Positions 38,440 through 50,797 of a stretch of 64,000 nt of DNA are shown piece after piece. Numbering within the stretch: the first letter of the stretch is position 1; the number at the start of each line of letters is the position of its first letter. The position numbers and the translations under genes were made by a program. The notes beneath the pieces are model-generated. The model saw only the letters and a list, made by a program, of their open reading frames with translations. It searched no databases and had not been told where the DNA came from. This DNA is from Squalus acanthias (taxonomy: Eukaryota), in contig CM059430.1 of the NCBI GenBank assembly GCA_030390025.1, positions 72,664,001 through 72,728,000 of the forward strand. The letters run 5' to 3'.

Positions 38440-38705
38440 TCTCTCATTTCCCATCTTGCCCTTTCAAAGCTCATCTTGTCAATGAGACCGACCTCCTGCT
38501 GTCTCAACCCAATTGCTACTGAATTGCTGACCACCCAAGTTTCCTTCCTTGCTCACATGTTAGCAGATGTTGTTAACGGTTCAGTCTCCTCAGGTATTGT
38601 CCCCCTTTCCTTCAAATCTTCCGTCTTCACCCCATCCTCAAAAAAGCAACCATTGATCCCTACGTCCTTGCAAACTATTGCTCCAGCTCCAAACTCAATT
38701 TTTAG
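38440..38705 (+). mobile_element. L2-clade LINE ORF2 fragment
   Basis: SMRPTSCCLNPIATELL...VNGSVSSGIVPLSFKSSVFTP, then frameshifted LKKATIDPYVLANY. Typical pre-RT region of L2. Confidence 0.75.
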
Positions 38706-41255
38706 CAGCCAACCTTCTTTCTCCTCTGGTTCAAAACAACAAGTTTCGAGTAAGCACGAGACTTCATGGTGGATTATATAGGACACAGTAAAGGTCAGCA
38801 TCTTCTACTGCATACAGAGAGTGACTTTTTCCGGTTTCTGTACCTTGCGAGCACACTCTGACATACTGTTGAAAACCATGATCCTGTATATACCATATTT
38901 TTACTACATCAAAGGAAAATGTAATAGTTAAGACTGCATGACATAACTATTCCCAAACCCTTTGAAAACAGACTATTCATGTAAACAGTTTTAGTTTCTT
39001 TACTTCAGAACTACTCACCTTAAACAGAACTCCCTCAAATGGATTCGCTACCTGTGTTTTATTACCCTAAAACTAAAGTTACATTTTATTATCGACACTT
39101 ATTTCCATACACAAGCACTTACCGATCAGAAAATAAGCGAACCATTCTTATTTCGACATTTCAAAGCCATCCGTTTTATATCAGAAAGCCTAGAAAGCCT
39201 GTTAATCCAAGATAAGAAGAAGTTTGGCTGTTAAACTTTTAAATCTTATGCTGCCCAACGTATCCAACACTTTTTATGTCTTCTTCTACTGCTCATTTAG
39301 TGAGGTAGACTATTTATACAGTATAAATCAAGACCATAAGCACTCAACTATGTTCTAACTTTTACCCACCATACATGATTTCTAAAGGTAGATGTCCCCT
39401 TTTCAATGTCAGCATTACATCATCTCTTATACACTGCCAGCCATTTAATGTTAGGGTTTTAAACTACAGAAGTAATTCAAGAAATCTTTTACCTTTACTA
39501 GTATCAATCTTAATCAGCCCCTAGTGACCCCTCATGGACTTATTTAAGGTTGTAATCTGAGGAGTATCACATAGCCATCTTAATCCATTCACTCGTCTTG
39601 TCTAAGTTTATCTTGGGTAATATTACACATCATGACACAAACAAAGAATATCATAATACATTGTACAAAGCACTACAGTTTACCATATTTTCCATAAATC
39701 ATGGACTTTAAAGATTGTCCAGCTCTCCTTACCATTATGCATCTTATAGATATTCTCGCTAATATCATTTACCACTAGCTTTCAGTTATTCCATATCATT
39801 GTGATCTCCTGCCTGAATTTTAAAAATCCAAATTCTACATCTATATTTACATTAATTTCCATTCATTTGAAAGTTTCCAGTGCGTTTAACTGTATACTGT
39901 CTCATTAAAAGTTCAGTTTCATTATGGAGTATGAGTGAGTGGCTTGATTAAACATTTCCCTCAATCCCCTGAGCAACATTAACCATTTCACGTCGTGCTG
40001 TTGTCAAATAACTGAGCATTTCTCAGGCCAGTTTTTCAGTGCATCTTCACCACGCATTTCCACATGCTAGTTGCCTCATGCACAACATATCACATTTCCA
40101 CTCCCACTGGTGCCCCAACGACAGACAACACTTGACATCAGTTGCAAGCTATTCCTGGGCTTTTAAGTTATCTGATCAAAAGCTAGGAGGTCTTTTCTCA
40201 ACTCTCCCTGCAAGGTGCCAATGTCTAGGGTAGTGGCCAGGCTATCAAATATATTTTCCTCATTGTTTAGTATAGCCAAAGACACATAGATCTCAAAGAG
40301 AAACCTATCAATTAATGATTCTTAGCAACACTATCCTGACTTTGAATAGTATTTACCTGGATACCAAAGTGAAATCGTTTCTGATATCATGTTATGCAGG
40401 GATGCACTCACACATCTTTTCCTAACCCCTGTTCAGGTTCCTGAAATTCATCCATAATTACCTCGGAAAATTATTTTAGAAAAACTCCATTATATTACCA
40501 TGTCATCTCATTCAGCCCTGGAGAAACATTATGATCATTACCATTTGCACAGTTCCCAAATCAATTCAAGTTTTCAACATATTTTTGTTCATACTATTTA
40601 TACTCTTAATGGTCCTCTAATTCCTCAAAATGTTGTTATTCTAGAGAGCAATTCTGTCTGCAAGATGAAGGATGTTCATTACCTTGAACACAACAGTCTC
40701 CATCCACAAATCTTCTTTCATAACACACAGTTTGGACAGAAAGCACGTAGTATGGACCTTTTCAAAAATAAAATTTGATTATCCACTAAATGTTAGATAA
40801 ATTTCCCTTCGTGAGTACATGAGAATTTATCTGATCAATTTTAATTTCACAAAAAAGTTGTGCCCAGGCTTAGTGGTTTTACAAAGGAGACACACGTAGT
40901 TTCAAGTATGTTTGGATGTAAGTCTTTTATCTTCCCCCTCAAGCAATGTCTCTTGGAAGATAAAAATTTTGTCACCGCTGTGTGACATTCAAGATCCATC
41001 GATAGCTGCAGAAAAGGACTTAAATTTTGAACATTACTGGAGCTCCCACTTTCAAGCTCTGTAGCACCTTGAAGTCATTTCTATATCAAAGAACCACTTT
41101 TGGAAATTTTACACCATCAACACTCACGTGGTCCTGTGCTTAAAAGAAAAACAGCACATTCATTCTGGCTCCTGAGAGCTCAGTGGTTTAATTTGTCAAA
41201 TTCTTATTCACTTTTGTCGGTGTATGGGAAATATCCACTTAAATTAAGAAACCAA

Positions 41256-43695
41256 GGGGGGAAAATTCGGTTGGTTAGCGCCTCCCATTAGTGCCTCTGT
41301 GGGGCGCTCATGGGACGCTAGCAACACAGCGCCCGAGCGTGGCGATTTTTGCGCCAGTCGCGAAATTGAAGTAATTTTGTGGTGTTGCTAAGCACTACTG
41401 CCATGATCTCCTGTGCCCACAGATCATGATGTCATGCAAGCATGCAAGGCCCCGGTGGAGCACTGGACCGGAAATTGATTCACGGCCCCTGCCTTAGGGC
41501 TTGCCGCTAGGGATGACAGGTAGAGGGAATATTTTCACGTCGGGAAGAGGCTGGGGGAGCACTATTTCAAGGCGTGCACTTCCTGCTTTTTCTTGTCTGC
41601 AAAATTTTTGGTATACGCAGGTTGAGAGGGAGAGATACATCTGGAGAGATTTAACGCTGTCCTAAGGATATTTGGTCCTCAGCGCCACTTTTGAGGTTCC
41701 TATTTATTTGAGCCTCATATTTCGCACATTTAGAAGATTTTATGGGGGCTGTAGTAACTCGGGGCGACATCCTCCAGCTTCACCTTCGGAGGCAACAGAC
41801 GCACAGAGAAAAAGTGGCAAACGTGGCCAGAGGCACGATGGCCAACATGCCTCTGCACAGAAGACCTTAGCCTCCCAGGATATTCCGGGAGCAATTCTCC
41901 TATATTCATTTTTCCGAGGACCAGTGTTTACGAAGGCTGCGCTTCAACAAGCAGGTTTTGACTGAGCTCTGCCATCTCCTGCAACCAGATCTGCAGCCTC
42001 AGCTCAGGACCAGGACGTCTCTGTCAGTAGCAGTGAAGGTGATGGTGGCTCTGAATTTCTGTGCCAGCTGCTCCTTCCAGGCTTCAACTGGGGACATAGC
42101 GAATATCTCCCAGTTTGCTGTCCATTGATGCATCCGGGAGGTCACATAATGCTCTGTACAAAAGGAGAAGGCAGTACATCTCTTTCCACATGGGACAAAC
42201 AGCATGAAAACGCATGTGACTTTGCTAGGATAGCAGGCTGCCACATGGTTCAGGGCACCATTGACTGCACGCATGTGGCATTGTGGGCAGGTCATGAGAA
42301 TGCAGAGGTGTTCCAAAACCGCAAGGGCTTCCACTCTCTGAATTTCAAGTTGGTGTGTGACCCCAGACAGCGCATCCTTGCCGTCAATGCCCGCTATCCT
42401 GGCAGCAGCCACGATGCTTTTATCCTGCACCAGGCTGGTGTCTCAGGCCTCTTCCAACTACTGTGTCAACCTAGTGGATGGCTCCTCGGGGACAAGGGTT
42501 ATCCACTCTGCACCTGTCTGATGACACCGCTCCATAATCCCAACAGGCCTGCTGAGCTCCAATACAATGAGAGCCATAGCGCCACCAGGAACTTCATTGC
42601 GCAGGCGTAGGCGTCTTGAAACAACGGTTCTGGTGTCTTGGCCACTCCAGAGGAGCCATGCAGTGCTCTCTCGAGCGAGTCTAACTTTTCGTTGTTGTGT
42701 GCTGCATGCTCCACAACATTGCAATTATGAGGACCCAGTCATTGTCACCAGGGATTGGTGCACCACCTCAGGAGGAGGAAGAGGTAGAGAAGTTGGAGGA
42801 CGAGGAGGAGGAGGAGGCGAAGGAGGAGGATGAATAGGAGGATCAGCAGCTCCAATGTGGGAGGGAGGTGCACAATGTTGCCCCTGCAAAGGTCATCCGT
42901 GAATGCCTGATAAGTCACCGCTTCTAACGAATGACAGAGAAGATGGCTTCTGGGATGAAGAAGCACATCATCGCAAGCATCCCCTATTGCCGGGCAAAGC
43001 TCCAATGAGTCAAATCAGCAAAGTTGTAAAGTGACATAACTTTTTTTTTTAGATTACAAATTCTGTCTTATTTATTCAAGACAAACAATTAGAAATTAGT
43101 CCAACAATTCATAAACTGACAAAACTCGTTCTCACAACATTGAGATAAGCATCAAAACAGTAAACAAATATATTAAGTTGAACATCAAACTTTCCCACAC
43201 ACACTCCCTCCTAATTATTAATAATTTTTAGTTTTCGGACTTCAAGGGTGACCTCCATCACCAGCGCACTTCCCCCCTTCCCACCCTACTGCTCCTCATT
43301 AATGTGGCCCCAGTGGCTGCAGCAAGGCTGGCAGAACGCTGCTGATTCTTGGGTCCAGAGACTGAAAATGGCCTTGAAGGATGCCGTCGACCGGCTCTCG
43401 GCCTGGAGGGCCCGGCTGCAGACTGCACCAACTCTGAATTGGCGGCAGCAGTCTGGGTTGGCTGTGTTGCAGGCCGTGACCAGTGCAATGGCGGAGTGGC
43501 AGTGGTGGGAGCAGGAATGATGTCATCCTGACAGAGGACAGCACTTTCCTGCTCGTCCGACACACTGCCACTCCCACGTGGCAGTGCCTCAGCATCCAGA
43601 GCAATCTTCTCAAGCACAGATTGCTGGCCTGCTGCGGTACCGTGAGATCCCTGGTGGACTGTAGGCCACCCAGCGAGGATGGCAGCAGTCTGTGA
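41256..43695 (+). mobile_element. Harbinger transposon copy 2 (left TIR, transposase, 3' part of Myb gene; right end lost)
   Basis: Left end GGGGGGAAAATTCG resembles the end at 26921. Minus-strand 43250-43690 is homologous to the Myb-gene tail at 60360-60800. Confidence 0.85.
41740..42900 (+). pseudogene. Harbinger transposase, disrupted
   Basis: VQGTIDCTHVAL, NRKGFHSLN, ARYPGSSHDAFIL, WLLGDKGYPL and YNESHSATRNFI. Confidence 0.92.
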
Positions 43696-45441
43696 ATAGT
43701 TACTTGTAATGCTATGAACCTTATTATTTTGAGGAGCAACTTATAAGTAAGAAAATCCATCCTCTAAAAATTCATTTAAATTCTCAGGAACGAAACGGCA
43801 TATTAGCAGGAAATGTTTCAAATGCTGTATATCATTGGATGAAGGAAGGATAATGAGAAGTTTCCAATTGTAGAACATTTTAAGGGTGCACGCGTCGATC
43901 GAGATAGGTTTTCTTTTGAGACTGAAACAGAAATAAATGGAGCTGTAATTCCCAGACACTAACATATTCAGGAGAGTGACTCTGCTGTAAAAGTGGGACG
44001 ATGTCTTCCATGACACCTGTGGGTCACCTGTTCATTTCAGCGGAGTATGCATTCAATTCGTTGGCTGCATGGATATCGGGAATTGCTAAGGCCCCTCAGT
44101 TACGACCACCTGCCTATCAGAAACGATAGTTTTGTTCGACTGTCCGGAGAGATATATATCGAAGCACAATTTTGTTCGAAACGATTCAGAGGAACCAGAA
44201 AATCGCAGGGTTTCACTCGCGCTTCATTATAATCCCGAAAAATGCAGCAAGGTATCGGTCCACCGATGATCTCTAGATTTTAAATTACTTTTTGTTGAAG
44301 ATATGTTCAAGATCTTGACTCTATCCAAACTGCGGGTTGACGTGACAAGCATGGAAATAGGAAAATCCCAAAGAAATAATGTTTGGTAGAACATTGATAT
44401 CGTTAATTGTCCAGACAAGTTGTCTCCTGGATGGCAACAGGTGCAATGGGTGAGGAGAGTGTTATATCATTATGTGCATTCCTGCTTCATCACAGCATTG
44501 TCATTTTGAGTTTTCGAGACACTTCACATCACGTTGTCTAGAAGGGCAACAGGCTTGAATCTAAAGCGAAGCCGGAGCGGGATGGGATGCTGCATTTCAT
44601 GAGCCCTAAATATGCTTTGATGCCTGCAATTTAAATGGGGCCCAAGAACGGAGTCTGAGGCCCGAATCGAGCACACCTCTATGATCCCAAATTCAAGCTA
44701 AGTGAGTGCAGTGTGGGGCGCAAGGCCGCAAGCTGGTGTCAGGCTGTTAAGAGAGAGTGACGGCGTGCTCCAGCAGGGCTGAAGAAGGACCTTAAGCCAA
44801 CGATCAATGTACAAGAAACAATCTACGCGAGCGTCAAGTCTAATCAGGAAATCCCAGAGATTGAATTCCAAAGACGCGAGACCATGTTTAATGCTGTGGG
44901 GTTTTCCTTATCCACAGATTTAATACGTTCTGTCTGTATGGATTTAAAAAAAGACGCATAGGAATAATAGTCAATCAAGTTATAATTTATTAGTAATGAA
45001 AGTGACAGTTTACCACATTAAGAATTTATACAGCCTTTGTCTGTGGAGTGATACTCGTGCAGGACAGGTTGAACATGTCCCGGGTACTGGGAGTTCAGTT
45101 TTCTCGTTTTCTTCTTCTTTACCGGTGTCTTCTCTTCTTTTCTGTTTATATGATCATGTCTCCATTATATAGTTAAAATGGATGTTCACGTGTACAGCAT
45201 GAAAGGTATATCTTTTTTGATTTGCTGACAGTCGTTGGCCATCTGCTCGTGCAATCTTTATTTTAAGTCTCTGAATGGAACAGATAACGAAGCAGTCAAT
45301 GCGGGGTCCAGCAAGAATTGGAAAAAAAATACTTGCTTTGGATTAGTGGTAAGTAATATTTGCGCCACACAGTACGAGGAAGTAGTGTGCTTCAGCTGAC
45401 AACCATTCCAGCTCTTGGGTGCAAGCGAATCTAAGGATGCA

Positions 45442-48400
45442 AACCCGGATTTTGCAGTTGCAATGACGCCGGAACTGTTAGCCTTCGCTGTTATTATGCT
45501 TTGAAACTGATAGCAACTTCTGGCATTCGCACATGCGCAGTATAACGCGGAAATCCAGAATCTGCTGTCAATGATTCCCTTCTCCTTCACCGGGTGTGCT
45601 GTTGAAGTCCCCAAAGACGGCAATTTTTGAGAAATCACTGAACTGATGAGATCTTCCCCTTTAATATCGCTGTTAAAAAACCGAAAAAGTTAAGCCTTTT
45701 TCAATAAGGTGGAATTGGGTTTTTAATGGCGTACTAAGTCATAATTACTGCTGAGCACCCTCTCTAGCACTGAAAACTAATTTTATATTATTGGAATGTG
45801 AATTTTTTCCATTATGATGCAACTTACACACTTTTAGTAGAAAAAAGTTATTTTTCAAGTTTGTTTATGATATCGCCCTCCCTCAGCTGATGAATCAGTG
45901 CTCCTCCATGTTGAACACCACTTGGAGAAGCGCTGAGGTAGCAAGGGCACAGAATGTACTTTGGGTGGGGTATTTCAATATCCATCACCAAGAGTGGCTC
46001 GGTAGCACCACTACTGACCGATCTGGCCGAGCCCTGAAGGACATAACTACCACTCTGGGCCTGCGACAGGTGGTGAGAGAACCAACACGAGGAAAAAAAC
46101 TACTTGACGTCGTCCTCACCAATCCAACTGTCGCAGATGCATCTGTCCATGAAAGTATTGGAAGCAGTGACCACCGCACAGTCATTGTGGAGACAAAGTC
46201 CTGTCTTCACACTGAGGACACCCTCCATCATGTTGTGTTGCGCTACCACTGTGCTAAATGGGATAGATTCAGAACAGATCCAGCGGCTCAAAACTGTGCA
46301 TTCATGAGGTGCTGTGGGCCATCAGCAGCAGCAGAATTGTATTCCACCACAATCTATAACCTCGTAACCCGGCATATCTCTCACTCTACCATTACATTCA
46401 AGTCAGGGGACCAACCGAGGTTCAATAACGAGTGTAGAAGAGCATGCCAGGAGCAGCACCAGGCGTACCTAAAAATGAGGTGCCAGACTGGGGAAGCTGC
46501 AACACAGGACTACATGCATGTTACAAAGTGGGAGCAGCATGCTATAGACACGGCTAAGCGATCCCACAATCAACAGATCAGATCAAAGCACTGCAGCCCT
46601 GAGACATCCAGTCGTGAATGGTGGTGGACCATTAAACAACTAACGGGAGGAGGGGGCTCAAAGAATATCACTATCCTCAATGATGGTGGAGCCCAGCACG
46701 TGAGTGAAAAATAAATTGCTGAAGCGTTTGCAACCATCTTTAGCCAGAAGTGCCGAGCGGATGATTCATATCGGCCTACTCCTGAGGTCCCCACCATCAC
46801 ACAAGACAGTCTTCAGCCAATTCAATTCACTCTACATGATATCAAGAAACGGCTGAGCGCACTGGTTACAGCAAAGGCTATGCGCCTCGACAACATCCCG
46901 GCTATCGTGCTGAAGACTTGTGCTCCAGAATTGACTGCACCTCTGGACAAGCTGTTCCAGTAAAGCTAAAAAAATTGTCATCTATCCGACAATGTGGAAA
47001 ATTGGAAAATTGACTAAGTATGTCCTGTCCAGAAAAAGCAGGACAAACCCAATCCAGCCAATTACCGCCCCATCAGTCTACTCTCAATCATCAGCAAGGT
47101 GATGGAAGGTGTCATCAACAGTGCTTTCAAAAGCACTTTCTCACCAATAACCTGCTGACAGCTGCTCTGTTTGGGTTCCGGCAAGACCACTCGGCCCCCG
47201 ACCTCATTACAGCCTTGGTCCAAACATGGACAAAGGAGCTGCATTCCAGAGGTGAGGTGAAAGTGACTGCCCTTGACATCAAGGCAACATTTGACCGAGT
47301 GTGGCATCAAGGAGCCCTAGTAAAACTGAAGTTAATGGGAATTGGAGGATAAACTTCACTGGCTGGAGTCAAACCTAGCACAAAGGAAGATGGTTGTGGT
47401 GATTGAAGGTCAATCATCAGCCCCAGGACATCACTGCAGGAGTTTCTCAGGGCAGTCTCCTAAGCCCAACCATCTTCATCTGCTTCATCAGTGACCTTCC
47501 CTCCAACATAAGGTCAGAAATGGGGATGTTCGCTGATGACTGCACAGTGTTCAGCGCTATTCACAACTCCTCAGATAATGAAGCAGTCCATGCCCGCATG
47601 CAACAAGACCTGGACGACGTTCAGTCTCGGGCGGATAAGTGGCAGGTAACATACACGCCGCAGAAGTGCTAGGCAATGAGTAGCTCCAACAAGCGAGAGT
47701 CTAACCGCCGCTCCTTGACATTGAACGGTATTACCATCGGTGTATCGTCCACCATCAACATCCTGGGGGTCACCATTGACTCGAAACTTAACTGGACCAG
47801 CCACATAAATAGTGTGTCAACTAGAGCTGGTCAGAGGCTAATTATTCTGCGGCGAGTGCCTCACCTCGTGATTCCCCAAAGCCTTTCCACCATCTACAAG
47901 GCACAAGTAAGGAGCTTGATGGAATACTTTCCACTTGCCTGGATGAGTGCAGCTGCGAAAACACTCAAGAATCTTGACACCATCGTGGACAAAGGAGCCT
48001 GCTTAATTGACACTCCATCCACCACCTTAAAAATTCACTCCCTCCACCACCAGCGTACCGTGGCTGCAGTGTGTACCATCTACAAGATGCACTGCAGCAA
48101 CTCGCCAAGGCATCTTCGGCAGCATCTCCCAAACCCGTGACCTCTTCCACCTGGAAGGACAAGGGCAGCAGGCGCATGGGAACACCACCACCTCCAAGTT
48201 CCCCTCTAAGTCACACACCATCCTGACTTAGAAGTATATCGCCAATCCTTCACTGGGTCAAAATCCTGGACCTTCCTACTTAACAGAACTGTAGGAGTAA
48301 CTTCACCACACAGACTGCAGCGGTTCAAGAAGGTGGCTCACCACAACCTTCTCATGGCAATTAGGAAAGGGCAATAAATGCTGGCCTGGTCAGCAATGCC

Positions 48401-48733
48401 CATATCCCATAAACGAATTAAAAAAATCAGCTTTTACTTTAATCCCATATGTATGTCCCAATAATTATTTCACTCTCTGTAAAATTTATAAAAAGTAAAG
48501 AATAATCAGTGCATTTTACTTCCTGGTTTGCAGTCTGTGAGAATTTTTCAAAGTGATTGGCTGCTTAGATTAATGACATCACTGTTGCTGGATGCTGGAG
48601 ATTCATTTGATTTGGTGCCAGAATGAAACGTGGGTACAGGTGAAATTTACACCACAGAGATCGCTAAATCTTTCTGGTCGGCTTTCTTGGAGAGGCGAGC
48701 GAGGTCACCACCACTTTCTGCAAATTCAGGGCC
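45442..48733. mobile_element. Probable non-autonomous TIR element split by a LINE
   Basis: AACCCGGATTTTGCAG vs reverse-complemented GGCCCTGAATTTGCAG (12/16 match); AT-rich interior on both sides of the LINE. Confidence 0.45.
45874..48426 (+). mobile_element. Second LINE family, near-complete ORF2
   Basis: Collinear with 11500-13986. ALDIKATFDRVWH, SQGSLLSPTIF and MFADDCT; A-tail. Confidence 0.92.
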
Positions 48734-48914
48734 ATTGAATTCAATGTCTAATCATGTACAGAAAGTGAAATAAAGAGAAAATTAAGTTTAGATCACGAGA
48801 GAGTTAAAAGAGACAGAACGTTTTTTTTTAATCATCAACAATAATTAAAATCTGAGATGCCAAACTTGAAAAAGTTAATTTTCAGTGTCATATAGGTTGG
48901 TTAGCATTAATTAA

Positions 48915-49983
48915 AAGTGAGAAGTCGTACAACACCAGGTTATAGTCCAACAGTTTTATTTGAAATCACAAGATTTCGGAGCTGCTGCCCCTTCGTCGGG
49001 TGAAGTGAAGGAATACGAATCGGCAAAGCATATATAGACAGAGAACAATGCCTGTGTAGCGTACAATGTCAGATGACTACAGTTAATCTTTCTGTCTGCC
49101 TTTTATCACACCTCGGCAGAGAAACAATCAGGTCAGGAAGGCATTATGTCAAAGACATAGCAAGATACAGCTAAGACAATGAGGTGGGATCACAGGGGGT
49201 CTAATGTGTTAAATGCAGTCTGTATGGAAAACCATATACTTTAAAATTTTTACTTTTTTTTAAGCTGGAAATCACTTCTGTGAACAAGCCATCGACGACT
49301 CGAGTCTGGATGACTCTACGTCATGTAGCGTGACATGAACCCAAGATCCCGGTGGAGGCTGTCCTCATGGGTGCCGAACTTGGCTATCAGTTTTTGCTCG
49401 ATGATTTTGCGTTGTCGTGTGTCTCGAAGGCCGCCTTGGAGAAAGCTTACCCGCAGATCCGAGGCTGAATGTCCTTGACTGCTGAAGTGTTCCCCGACTG
49501 GGAGGTAACAATCCTGACTGGCGATTTTTGCGCGGTGTCCATTCATACGTTGTCTCAGTGTCTGCATGGTCTCGCCGATGTACCATGCTCCGGTGCATCC
49601 TTTCCTGCAACGTATGAGGTAGACTACGTTTCCGAGTCACATGAGTATGTACCATGTACCTGGTGGGTAGTGTCCTCACGTGTGATGATGGTATCTGTGT
49701 TGATGATCTGGCATGTCTTGCAGAGGTTGCCGTGGTAGGGTTGTGTGGTGTCGTGGTCGCTGTTCTCCTGAAAGCTGGGTAATTTGCTGCGAACGATGGT
49801 ACTTTAGAGGTTAGCCGGCTGTTTTAAGGCGAGTAGTGGAGGCGTGGGGATGGCCTTAGCGAGGTGTTCGTCGTCATCGATGACATGTTGAAGGCTACGA
49901 AGAACATGGTGTAGTTTCTCTGCTCCGGGGAAGTACTGGACGACGTAGGGTACCCTGTTGGTTGGGTCCCGTGTCGCATCATG
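48915..49983 (-). mobile_element. Penelope-like element 3' part (GIY-YIG endonuclease C-terminus + pLTR)
   Basis: TLRQRMNGHR..PVGEHF..GHS..EQKLIAKFGTH. 12-bp TSD AGCATTAATTAA at 48903-48914 and 49984-49995. Confidence 0.9.
48967..49002 (-). ncRNA. Degenerate minimal hammerhead motif in the Penelope pLTR
   Basis: CAC-CCGACGA-A-GGGGC-AGCA-GCUCC-GAAA-UCUU-GUG. Stems I and II pair; the core has a U-to-C change, so this copy is probably inactive. Confidence 0.55.
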
Positions 49984-50553
49984 AGCATTAATTAAGACTT
50001 ATCTTGCCATTACAATGGTACTTATACTGGAATGGACAGGTCCTAACTTTTTATGGCGAGTTTAGTCCATATCTATGAGTTATTTACAGCATTTTCAAGT
50101 CTTTTGTTGCGCCAGAAATTGAGGTCGGAGGCGTACCTCCGGAGTACACCTCGGACCCACAAAAAGAATGCTCACTATATTTAATCGGGCCCCGACAGAG
50201 TTCCCCTTGAGCACTGCAGTGTTCGACAAAGTGTATGACGTCACAAAGGCCAGGAGCACAGCGTATGGCCTCATGCGGAAGGGAAGATACGCTCACATTA
50301 CCTGTCAAAACACAAATTTGCATAAGCCACGCTCACAAAAGCTTCTTTCACGCTGCAGAGGATTGTACGTTGAAATCACCCCTGTTTCTTCAAAGTTGGT
50401 GTTTTTAATGTTTCTAAACCCTTTAAAATATGTATAATATTATGAAAACTTTTAAAGAGTTTTATAGCGTTTTAAAGAGTTTGAAAGACTTTTAAAAATC
50501 TTTAAATAATTATAAATAATTGTAATTACTTTTAATTAAACAGCATAAGTGAA

Positions 50554-50797
50554 ATGGAAGCAGCAAAGAAAGTTGTGATGATGATGAGGGCTCAGAACTA
50601 TACTGACGATGACACGAACCCTCTGCTCAATGAGGCTGAGGCAAAACTCCATCTCAACTGCCAAGTCCAGAGCACCACTCAAAGGACATTGTTAGCTTGG
50701 ATAGAAGTTGCACAGGCTGTTAGCGGTAACTGCACTGTCCCAAGGTCAGCAGTAAAATGTCAAAACAAACTTAATGATTTAACGCAATCTGATAAGG
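50554..50797 (+). pseudogene. Myb/SANT-like domain exon of Harbinger copy 3
   Basis: RAQNYTDDD..LL...AWIEVAQAVS...RSAVKCQNKLNDL, then donor AAG|gtttgt. Confidence 0.8.
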
